Source: Leucoraja erinacea (taxonomy: Eukaryota). Taken from it: DNA of 64,000 nt. A program made the position numbers and the translations under genes. Positions 25,222 through 35,916 of this stretch are shown here, piece by piece. How positions within the stretch are numbered: position 1 is the stretch's first letter; every line of letters begins with the position of its first letter. Location of the stretch: contig NC_073384.1 of NCBI RefSeq assembly GCF_028641065.1, forward strand, positions 41,850,001-41,914,000, given 5' to 3'. The notes below the pieces were generated by a model. The model was not told where the DNA came from, made no database searches, and worked only from the letters and a program-made list of their open reading frames with translations.

Positions 25222-27836
25222 ATGATAAGTGGCTGATATCCAAATATCTCTCTGGATACACCATTGCCAAATTGTATTAGCCAGATTGTCACATGATGTC
25301 GATTTGTTTCCACCCATGTGGTTAATGTATGCTACCACGGTGGTATTGTCTATCTGTAGTCTAACATGCTGGTGATATGACCCAGTACAATATGACTTTA
25401 GGCCATGGAATGCACCCAACATTTCCAGGTAGTTTATGCCCAGTGTGAGTAATAATGATGCTTCCTGAGCAGTCCATCTACCTCCACAGCTGGTGATGGT
25501 ATTGGTGGCTCCCCACCCAAGTGCACTGGCATCAGTTTGTAGTACCATGGAAAGGTTACTGACAATGATTGGATTGGAACAAAGCCAGATGTTATCTATC
25601 CACCATTTTATTCCATTTTAGCTTGATTGGTAGTTTCATAGGTCTGTCAAAGTGACCTGCATTAATTTAGAGTGCTTGTATTTTTGCTCTCTGTAAGTTT
25701 TTGGTAATGTAGAGGTCTAAATTGTGTGGCTGGCAAGGCAGCCACCATTTGCCAATTACGTTTGCTACCAATCTGATGGATGGTTTGCTGATGTCAATGA
25801 GGTTATGCAAGCCTCTATTAAATCTCTAGCCTTTCCCTTAGGCAGAGTCACCGACATGTGAACTGAGTCAATGGTGAACCCCAAATAGTCCATAGTAGTG
25901 GAAGTCGTTAGTTTAGATTTAACTGGATGGATAATAAATCCCAGTTTTTCAAATAACTGTTTTGTGGCTGTTACAGTTTGTTTGGCCAATTCCAAAGTTT
26001 TGCCCACAATGAGTATGTCATCTAAATATGCCATAACCATGTGTTTACGTTTCCGTAGAAACGCTAGGGCTGGTTTCAAAATTTTTGTAAACAGCCTGGG
26101 GCTGATGACCCATTTGGCAGTGCTTTATACTGCCAGAGTTGCCCATCCAGTTGAATTTTAAGTAACATCTGTGGTTCCCTCGTATAGGCACTGAATAGTA
26201 AGTATCTTTTAAATCGATGCAAGCCATGAAGTAACCTTTGGAAATTAATTGTTTAGCAGTAACAAAGGTATCCATTTTGTCCAATCTATGGTGATGCGAC
26301 AACCACCATCTTTTTTGTTTTTGATAAATATATTGGACACGAATTCTAATGGTTCGTGTTGAGTTTTCTCAATTACACCTTTTATGTAAAGCCGCTCCAG
26401 TTCAGCTTGCGCTTTTGATTTTTCTTTATCAGAAGGCACGAACATTCGGTTCGGTATATGTTGAACTGGAGTGCTGTACTTGTATATAAACTCTATTGTA
26501 TATCCCTGGATACTGCTTAAGATGCAAGTATTGGTTGTTAACATGCTCCATGCATTCAGAAAAGAGTGTAGTCTCCCCCCAACCTCCATGCTCCCTGTAT
26601 TTTATAGGGAACCAGACCCACCTACCTCCATAGTTACCAGTGGCAGGTTTACTTCTTTTTGTAGGTTCTTTGCTGCTGTTGTTGCGCGGGTGTCTGGATT
26701 TTCGGTTTGGTTGGCGTTGGAGGTGCCCGCATCTTCCAAGAAGGCCGGCCTGGGCCATGGCCTAAAAAGACTCATGTTTTGAATACTGGGCTTTCACCAG
26801 TTCTGCTGGTGGGTGCGTAGGGGTGCTGTCTTTGGCTGTAGTGTTTGTTGGAGTCCATTTTATTAGTCCAGTAGGTTCTCTTGTTCCTGCACCCCTTGCA
26901 CACTTGTCTTTCCTTCTGCGGACCCCTCTTCCAGGTCAGCCCAGAACTGACCCGCAGTACTCCCCTCTGATGAGGTCGAAGCACTGTGCAGCCCTTCAAG
27001 AGGTACTGCTGTGGGTTTATCATAGGGCCCACAGTGACCCGACTCCATCTCCCGGAGTCTGTCACATTGGAGCAAATGCTCCACACACCGCTCCATCCGG
27101 CTCCAGCGCTCTCGGTCGCTGGCTGCCCGCGGTTGTTCAAAGTCGGACTCCTCTGAGTCCACGACCTTGTTTGTTTTGTGTCTAGCCTTTCCGCCTGACT
27201 GCGTGGATCTGGCCGGTGCGGAGGTGACACTGGGCACAGCTGATCCCACTATCGGTGATCCGAGTGCTGCTGCTGGCTGCCCGCTGCTCCGCGGTCCTCC
27301 TTCACCAGCTTTGTCCTTACTGCCGTGGAGTGGATCTGGCCAGTGCGGAGGCGTCATCGGGCACAGCTGATCCCATCTAGCCCACCAGTTTTGTCGCAGC
27401 CCGTTGGTTTCTCCACCTGTAATTAGCATGGTAAAAACACGAAAAGACCGCAGCTCTTACCTGCAGGTCCAAGTTAAAATTGTCACTACGGGGGAATGTC
27501 GTTCCACCCCGTCTCCTGCCGTTTTCGACTTGTCCAAAAGTCGACGGCCCCATCTGAATAGTCTCCCGCCCGGCCGTGGTGTTCTGGCCGGCGCGGGACC
27601 AAAAGTCGGCACAGCTGATCCCTTACGGGGCTTGTGCCTTCAGCTGCTGCTGGCTCCCGCAACTTTGCGGTCCTCCCCAGCCAGCTTTACTCGCAGCACT
27701 TGTGGACACTATTTTGTCCAGCTTCCCCCCCCCCCCCCCCCCCCCCCCCCCCTGTGTAAAACCAGCGCGGCGACAAAAACTACCGCAGAGTAAATCACTT
27801 ACCTGCAGGTCGCGGTTTCAAACTTACCGCTGCGAG
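25222..27836 (-). mobile_element. Partial DIRS1-type retrotransposon (gag-like region, RT, RNase H); tyrosine recombinase and termini missing
   Basis: VGGRL..F..AW, FVSNIFIKNKKDGG, IDLKDTYYSVPI, MAYLDDILI, YLGFTIDS (RT); QTDASALGWG, INYLEMLG, QIDNTTVVAYINHMGG (RNase H); several frameshifts. Confidence 0.92.
27725..27752. repeat. Poly-C run (28 nt) inside the DIRS 5' region
   Basis: Directly visible homopolymer. Confidence 0.9.
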
Positions 27837-28736
27837 GGACACGGAATAGGAATAGGTGACGTTTTGGCTCAAGACCCTTCTTCAAACACATAAACACTGT
27901 AAATGTTAAACAGAGTAATTAAACACAAATATTGTAAAAAAAAAATGACTTAACACAAAACACAGATGAAATATAATAAATTAAAATGTATAAAATTATA
28001 ACAGCAGTACTAGTGCAAAGAAAACATGGTCCCTACTGCAACCATAGTTTAGTTTAGCTTAGATACCCCAAACATTAGCTTTCCAGCTTGTCAAACCAAG
28101 GCCATAGTGCTTCCAGATCAGTTTAGTTTTATTTATTGTCACATGTACCGAGGTACAGTGGAAAGCTTCTAATCTGTCAGCGGAAAACAATGCATGATTA
28201 CAATCAAGCCACCACAGTGTACAGATACATGGTAAAGGGCAAAATAAAGTCCAGTATAGTCTGATTAAAGATAGACTGAGGGTCTTTCATAAGGTAGGTG
28301 GGAGGTCTGGACCGCTAGCTAGTTGGTGATAGAATGGTTCAGTTGCCTGGTGACAGATGTCAAGAAACTGCCCCTGAATCTGGAGGAATCTTGGGTGGTA
28401 AATTTACCTGTACACCCCAGAGTATTTGAATAATCAAAAGGCATGAGACATGAGGAGGATGCAAAGATCTCCTGGTCAAGATGAGGCAGCTCCAGCAATG
28501 CAACAAGCTGGACACCATCCAGCATCTTGCGGCCTGCTTGATTCACCCCATCCATCACCCTAAACATTAATTTCCTTCAGCAGGGAGTGAATGTGAACCA
28601 CCAATAAAATGCACTGGCTGACTGCGTGATCAGTGTAGTAATAATGTTTAAATGCTAAAGAACAAAATTCCTTATGTTTATTCTGTCTAATGCTCCCTTT
28701 CAGTAAGAACATTTAGGAACAAGAAAAGCTCATGAA

Positions 28737-29030
28737 CAGACGCAAAGTGCTGGAGTAACTCAGCGGGTCAGTCTTCTTCAGACTTCTCTGGAGAAAAAGG
28801 ATGGGTGATGTTTAGAGCTATGACCATCCCAAAACGTCCCCCATCCTTTTTCTACAGAGAGACACAAAGTGCAGGAGTAACTCAGCGGTGTTACTGCTGA
28901 GCATCTCTGGAGACCATGGAGAGGTGGCATTTTGTGTCGAGCTCTTCTTCAAAGAATGATCCCGACCTGAAATGTCACCTATCCATGTTCTCCAGAGATG
29001 CTGCCTGACCCTCTGAGTTACTCCAGCACC
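28737..29030. repeat. Cluster of Penelope-terminus units in mixed orientation
   Basis: Repeated caaagtgctggagtaactcagcgg and gatgctgcctgacc...gagttactccagca segments. Confidence 0.75.
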
Positions 29031-29062
29031 AAGTGGTTTGGTTGCCAGTTGAGGCACCCAGA

Positions 29063-29657
29063 GGCAGCGCGGTAGCGCAGTGGTAGAGTTGTTGCCTCAC
29101 ACTGTTGGAGACCTGGGTTTGATCCTGACTGTGGGTGTCGTATGTACAGGGTTTGAATATTTTCACTGTGACCACGTGGGTTTTCTCTGGGTGCTCCGAT
29201 TACATCCCACACTCCAAATTCATGCAGGTTTGTAGGTTAATTAGCTTCGGTTAAATTGTCCTAGTGTGTAGGATGGTTTTAGTGTACGGGGTGATCACTG
29301 TTCAGCATGGACTCAGTGGGCCAAAAGGCCTGTTTCTGCACGGTATCTCAAGTCTAAAAGTTCCTCAATTTCTAATATTCGCATTTTGTTTGCTGTTTAG
29401 TTTAACGATGCAGTGTGGAAACAGGCCCTTCAGCCCACTGGGTCCATCCTGACCCCGATCACCTTTACACTAGTTCTATCTTACACATTAGGGACAATTT
29501 ACAGAAGCCTGCAAACCTGCACGTCTTTGGATTGGGGGAGAAACCTGGAGAAAACCCATGTAGTCACAGAGAAAATGAACAAACTCTGTACAGACAGCAC
29601 CTGTCGTCAGGATCGAGCATGGGTCTCTGGCGCTGTAAGGCAGTGTACTGTGCCACC
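29063..29657. mobile_element. Tail-to-tail pair of V-SINEs (+ 29063-29360, - 29396-29657)
   Basis: Two SINE copies in opposite orientation ~35 bp apart. Confidence 0.85.
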
Positions 29658-29852
29658 CTTAGTTATATACATTGTGTTGTGCTATTCAGAGGTTTTAAAA
29701 ATCTTCATGTTCACCCTTGACTTTTGAAACTCAATACCATGAAAATATCTGAATAAAGAAGTACTTCTAGGAATCGATCAAACTCACGCCCGCAAGTCAT
29801 AGGTCGATGAAGTGATGAAGGAATGAAACACTAATTATTATTGTATTTTCAG

Positions 29853-29970
29853 AATAGATGTTTCCAATCTAACAATGGCATGGTGCTTAATCCAGCTGAA
29901 TGTTAAGTTGATTGAAATAATTCTGATCAGCCTGGCAGAGAGTCATGGAGGGATGAATGTTACACTTGAG
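29853..29970 (+). other. Candidate exon (118 nt), unidentified
   Basis: ctaat branch, ttgtattttcag acceptor, GAG|gtaaag donor; open frame IDVSNLTMAWCLIQLNVKLIEIILISLAESHGGMNVTLE. Confidence 0.25.
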
Positions 29971-30024
29971 GTAAAGAATCACTTCTCTGTAACATAATCC
30001 AGAGACAGAGATCAGTACTGTTCC

Positions 30025-31213
30025 CTCAGCGGACAGCCCAAGTTGTCTGGTGAAATGCCTCATCTCCAGAACACACCAACAAGCACCGACTGGTTTGGCT
30101 GGTGGTGAGAGGAGCCTCCCATTCACACCCTCTCTGCACCCTCAGCATCTCACTACCAATGCATGTTGCCCTTGGGACGGCTGCTATGGAGAGGAGACAG
30201 TTGCCCACCTCTTCACAGATTGTGGATTTGTAAAGAGAGTCTGGAGAACGATGCAAATGTTCTTGTCGCGGTTTATCCCGAACAGCTCCGTAACAGAGGA
30301 CTCTCTGATTTTTGGGCTCTTTCCAGGGTTGCATTTGGAGACGGATGTCAACCGCTGCTGGAAGGTCATCAGCTTGATGGAAGACGCTCTTTGGTCGGCC
30401 CGAAACTAGTTGGTCTCCCGGCAGAGTGAGATGTCCGTCAGGGAATGTTGCCGACTGGCCCATTCCAGACTGCAGGGGTAAACATAGAAACATAAAAATT
30501 AGGTGCAGGAGTAGGCCATTTGGCCCTTCGAGCCTGCACCGCCATTCAATATGATCATGGCTGATCATCCAACTCAGTATCCTGTACCTGCCTTCTCTCC
30601 ATACCTCCTGATCCCTTTAGCCACAAAGGCCACATCTAACTCCCTCTTAAATATAGCCAATGAACTGGCCTCAACTACCTTCTGTGGCAGAGAGTTCCAC
30701 AGATTCACTACTCTCTGTGTGAAATTTTTTTTTCTCATCTCGGTCCTAAAAGATTTCCCCCTTATCCTTAAACTGTGACCCCTTGTTCTGGACTTCCCCA
30801 ACATCGGGAACAATCTTCCTGCATCTAGTCTGTCCAACCCCTTAAGAATTTTCTAAGTTTCTATAAGATCCCCCCTCAATCTTCTAAATTCTAGCGAGTA
30901 CATGCATAGGAACGCACTGAAACTCGGTGCAGCCAATGCCAAGGCTCTGTGGGGGAAGACCACAGTGTAGGGTCCTTTCGCTGCTGGACATTGAGGGGCA
31001 GAGTCTGGTGAGGACACCCCTAAAACATGGGAAGAGATTCACCTCAGGGGGCCACATGAGTGGCAAGGGTGCATGGTATAATGATAGTTTTTTGTCAACA
31101 CTACCAAATACAATGGTGATTAGTGCATGTATAGCCACTAAGAATGTCAGAAGTGTTTTTGCACAGTCCTTGTTTTGTATATATTGAATAAAGTTTATTT
31201 TGTGGAAAAATAA
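30025..31213 (+). mobile_element. Tx1/L1-clade LINE 3' end, split by a CR1 insertion
   Basis: CCHC knuckle CPWDGCYGEETVAHLFTDC, ALWSARN, ORF end at ~30970, AATAAA at ~31187 and short A-rich tail. Confidence 0.82.
30481..30900 (-). mobile_element. Young CR1 3' fragment nested in the Tx1 element
   Basis: RTRGHSLRIRGK.FRTEMRKKNFTQRVVNLWNSLP; (tttctatg)n tail; near-identical to 33476-33634 and 42156-42400. Confidence 0.92.
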
Positions 31214-33475
31214 TCCCAATACAGAATCTGGATTGGTTATAGAGTGAGCTTATCAATCACAACAAATAATAAATAATCAGACCATTCAGCGCAGAAAAAC
31301 CTGCACCCACTGTCTGAAGAAGGGTCCCCACCCGAAACATCATCTATTCCTCTTCTCCAGAGATGCTGCCTGTCCTGCTGAGTTGCTCCATCATTTTGTG
31401 TCCATCTTCAGTGTAAACCAGCATCTGCACTTCTGAAGTACAAACCAATATAGATCTCTTCTGTTCAAAAACAATTAAATCACAAGTAGTCGCCATTAGA
31501 TTCAACGGGTAGATGGGTGGGGCTGACACAGGGATCCTCTAGTGCCTTTGCGTAACGGTTAAATGGTGCTTTATTGTCACATGCACAAATGCACAGTGAA
31601 ATTCCTTAATACAAACAGTCTAGTAGAGTATTGTCATACCTAAGCACATCCCCGATTGGCAAGTGTACAGAAATAGTCCACTGAGCCCGCAGGCATGAGG
31701 CGCTATGTTTTGGTGTCATTTACTGGGCTTGGCTGGCGTTACTCGATCCAGCCAAGCCCCAGGTTGCTGCGGACCTCCACCTGTCACTTTCCTTGGACGT
31801 GTGGATCAACCTGTAAACCGACGTATCTCTCCACCTCTCGCCCATCCACCTCTGTGCTCCTGGGGTGCCTCCCTGAAGGGTGTGGTGGGCCATTCCCCGG
31901 TTTCCTCTCCTACCAGCCTTGCTCCTCACCCCTCACGTCCGACATCCTCACGATCTCTTGTCTTCAAGGAAGAGTGGCACATGCTCGGCGGCTTCCACCC
32001 TACCGGCCCCAGCTGGCCAGGTCATAGTGCGTCCGGCCGCGGGGGGGACGGGCAGGGGGCTGCTTGGCAGCTTCCCACCTGCTGGGAGCTTCTGCCACCC
32101 CTGTGCAAAAGCAACATCGAAATCTCTGTGGATACACAAGGAACTGCAGATGCTGTAACCTTGAGCGAAACACAAAGTGCTGGAGGAGCTCAGGTGGTCA
32201 GAGAAGGAATGGACAGGCAATCTTTTAGGTCGGGATTCTTCTTCACAATCTGTTTTTCTTTTTCCCTTGCTTTCTTGGCTGGGTTTACATTGATGCTGAG
32301 ATAAAGCAGAAAATCCTAACAATACTCAGCTGGTCTTGTAACACCTGTAATGAGAGAAACAAGGAGCTACTTGAAATGTTAACTGCTTCTTCCTCCACAG
32401 ATGCTATCTGACCTGCCGAGCATTGACAGCATTTTGCATTTTACGCCCGATATCCAGCATCTTGTTTTCAGTTTAATTTGAGAACGTCAATTGTATGAGA
32501 CTTGCATGTTGCAAGAGAGTATAATTTGCTGCACACCAGGGGAATATAAAAGCAGTTTTAAATGACTTCAAGGTTTTTACATCCATTATCCTACTTGGAA
32601 GTTCATTTAAATATTAATCAGTGTTTAGGTGTTCAGAGAATTTTCTGATATTGATTTTAATTTTGCTTTTCACAATTTGAACACTTTACTCTTTGCCTCA
32701 GCTGTGTGCCTTAGAGTAATGCCTAATGTTTACTGATTTTGAAATTTGTTGAGGCTATAATCCTGGCAGTTAGGCTCAAAAATTGATTATGGAGCATATC
32801 TTATGGTGGCTCACCATTCCCTGTCACAGTCAGCACTTGTGGACTTCTTTAATCTTGAGATAAACAAGTACTCATGTTCATGTCTTTTAATCGTCCTCCC
32901 ATCGATCCAGCAGACCCCCTGTGGCGACGCTGAGTTTTCTGTGGAGTTGCAACCTCGTGGAACACTTTAGCTTTTGCACGGCATACAACCATAGTGATTC
33001 AGGCAGCGCAGCCCCTATACAATGCAAACAGTTGAAGCATTGGCAGGAGACAATTAAGACCTTCCATTAAGCTGATTCCATCAATGATGGGCTGTTCCCA
33101 CACCCAAGAACACATGAATCTCTACAGAGAGAAGGAATGCAGATGGTGGTTTACCAAGGAAAGGCACAAAATGCTGGAGTAACCCAGCAGATCAGGCAGC
33201 ATCCCTGAAGAACATGGACGGGCGAGGTTTCAGGTCGGGACCCTTCTGAACAATCTGAAGAAGGGTCCCAACCTAAATCGTCACCTTTCCATGGTCTCCA
33301 GGGATGCTGAGTTACTCCAGCACTTTGTGTTTTTCCTTGTCAACACATGGATTTTCCAGGTTATTCCTTCTCTCCACTTCCACTGGGTAGAAGATATAGA
33401 AGCTTGAAAGCATGCACCACCAGACTGGGGAATAGCTTCTTCTCCTCTGTCATCAGGCTTCTGAATGGCTCTTCC

Positions 33476-33675
33476 ATTCGGCCCTTCGAGCCTGCACCGC
33501 CATTCAATATGATCATGGCTGATCATCCAACTCAGTATCCCGTACCTGCCTTCTCTCCATACCCCCTGATCCCCTTAGCCACAAGGGCCACATCTAACTC
33601 CCTCTTAAATATAGCCAATGAACTGGCCTCAACTGGAACTCTCTGCCTCAGAGGGTAGTTGAGGCCAGTTCATTG
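33476..33675 (-). mobile_element. Young CR1 3' fragment with an inverted 5' segment, inserted in a Rex/Babar 3' end
   Basis: Near-identity to 30520-30676, then orientation flips at 33635-33675. Confidence 0.85.
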
Positions 33676-33940
33676 CATCTTTTGTGCAGCAATGCTGAGA
33701 ACTATATTCTGTCCTCTGCATCTTTCCCTTGACTCTACCTATTGTACGAGTTTGCTTTGATTGTATTTATGTATAGTATGATTTGATTTTGATTGGTGGG
33801 CATGCAAACTAAGGCTTTTCATTGTACTTTGGTCCACATGACTATAGTAAAAAATCTAAACTTAAATCTACCATGCTAAATTCCCAATCTCCCACTATTC
33901 TGCCTTCTCCACAATATTTTCCTGGTGCAAATATTTATGC

Positions 33941-34238
33941 ACAGCACAGTAACGCAGCAGTAGAGATGCTGCCTTATAACACCAGAGACCCAGATTCAAT
34001 CCTGAGTGCGGGTGCTGTTTGTACGGAGTATGTACGTTCTCCTTGTGATCCCGTAGGTTTTCTCCGGGTGCTCTGGTTTCCTCCCACATTCCAAAGACGT
34101 GCAGGTTTGTAGGTTAATTGCCTTTGGTAGAATTTTGAATCGTCCCTAGTGTGTAGGATAGTGCTACTGCACAGGGTGATCAATGGTCGGCGCAGTGTCG
34201 GTGGGCCGAATGGCCATTTTCCGTGCTGTATGTCTAAA
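33941..34238 (+). mobile_element. HE1-type V-SINE
   Basis: Head, V core and CR1 tail as in other copies. Confidence 0.87.
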
Positions 34239-34262
34239 GCAAAAGCCCAGAGTACACCCTTA

Positions 34263-34487
34263 TGCCCCTGTCCCACTTAGGAAACCTGAACGGAAACCTC
34301 GGGAGACTTTGCGCCCCACCCAAGGTTTCCGTGTGGTTCCCGGAGGTTTTTGTCAGTCTCCCTACCTGCTTCCACTACCTGCAACCTCCGGCAACCCCTG
34401 CAACCTTTGGGAACCGCACGTAAACCTTGGGTGGGGCACAAAGTCTCCAGAGGTTCCCGTTCAGGTTTCCTAAGTGGGACAGGTGCA
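34263..34487. mobile_element. MITE (~225 bp) with ~85 bp terminal inverted repeats, probably PIF/Harbinger-type
   Basis: tgcccctgtcccacttaggaaacctgaacgg... versus ...ccgttcaggtttcctaagtgggacaggtgca; flanks tta / tga. Confidence 0.85.
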
Positions 34488-35554
34488 TGAGTGTATCTCT
34501 GAGGCTCGTAGATGTTGGAACTCCCTGGCACAGTATAATACTTTTGGTCAGCTCCTTACAAGTCAGGGGAACCACATTTCTCCAGCCTTCCTCAAATAAT
34601 TGAATCATTTGATTAGGATCAGCCTTGTAGCTCTTTTCAATACTGCTTCCCTAGCTGAAATCATTCTCTTGTGGACAAGAACTGTTTTAAAAAAATAAAA
34701 CAGCTGCTGTTTATCTTGTATAAAAAGCCGTACATTTACACAGTGTGATTTGACAATCTCTCACTGGATGGAACAATGAATTTAATGCTCTCTCTCCAGC
34801 TGGAGCAAGGAATCCCTCACTTTGCATTCACCATTAATCTGTATTGCAAGGAAATGGAGAATCTCGACAATATTGCATTGTTTTTTCTGTCCCTCATGGC
34901 ATCATAAAAACCTGACAGGCAAGGAAAGATCATTTGGCCCATCAAGCCTCCGTAATGTGTGCCTCTTCCCGTAAATTTGATTTAAATAGCTATCATAACA
35001 CCATATGAAGTATGAACAAGAGATGCTGTACACCCTTTGAGCATGTTCCGCCATTCAACTGGATCATCGTGGATCCTGTGCTTGGTTGCTCAGTTCCCAT
35101 GCCTTCTAGTCCTATGGTGTCCTTCTGCAGTTGAGAATTTTCTTTCCAGGGCAGTTTAGTCCCAGCTGTTATCAGGCAGCTGAACCATCCTCTCACCAAC
35201 AAGAGAGCAGTCCTGGTCTCCCATATGCCTCATTGAGGACCATCGATCTATCTTTAATCGGACTATACTGGATGTTATCCTCCACTGAACGTTATCCCTC
35301 ATATATACACATACACTGTGGGCGGCTTGATTGTAATCACGTTTTGGGTCAAGACCCTTCTTCAGACTCACATTGATTCAAATTCAGACTGAGTCTAAAG
35401 AAGGGTCTCGACCAGAAACGTCATCTATTCTATTTCTCCAGAGATGTTGCCTGATCTGCTGAGTTACTGTATTCCAGCATTTTGTGTTGTACTACAATGC
35501 AACCTCCTTATCTGCTCACCTGTCTATATGCTGAAACACTATAAACTATGTGCA

Positions 35555-35900
35555 GGCGTTGGAGAAGGTCCAGAGAAGGCTTACAAGAATTATCCCAGGA
35601 ATGGGTGGGTTAACATATGGTGAGCATTTGATGGCATTGGGCCTGTACTTGCTGGAGCTTAGAAGGATGAGGAGAGATGCCATTGAAACCTACGAATAGT
35701 GCAAAAAAGGCCTGCATGTGGAGAGAATGGTTCCATCAATGGGAAAGTTTAGGACCAGAGGCCATAGCCTCAGATTAAAAGGACGTACGTTTAGAAAGGA
35801 GATGAGGAAGAATTAATTTAGCCAGAGGGTGGTGAATCTGTGGAATTTATTGCCATGGATGACTGTGAAGGCCAAGTCAATGGATATATTTAAGGCAGAA
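35555..35900 (+). mobile_element. CR1 3' fragment cut by the adjacent Penelope insertion
   Basis: LEKVQRRLTRIIPGM, LGLYLLELRRMR, RVVNLWN motifs. Confidence 0.82.
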
Positions 35901-35916
35901 GGTACACAAAAATGCT

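Noticed and set aside
28737-29030. CRISPR-like repeat array
   Set aside because: Units vary in length and orientation, there are no unique spacers or cas genes, and the context is vertebrate
31695-32322. 199 aa ORF and overlapping ORFs
   Set aside because: GC-rich repeat-like DNA running into a Penelope-terminus unit; no recognisable motifs
32908-32930. Second CTCF site (gccacagggggtc on minus)
   Set aside because: One base short in the core and lacks the GGC ending
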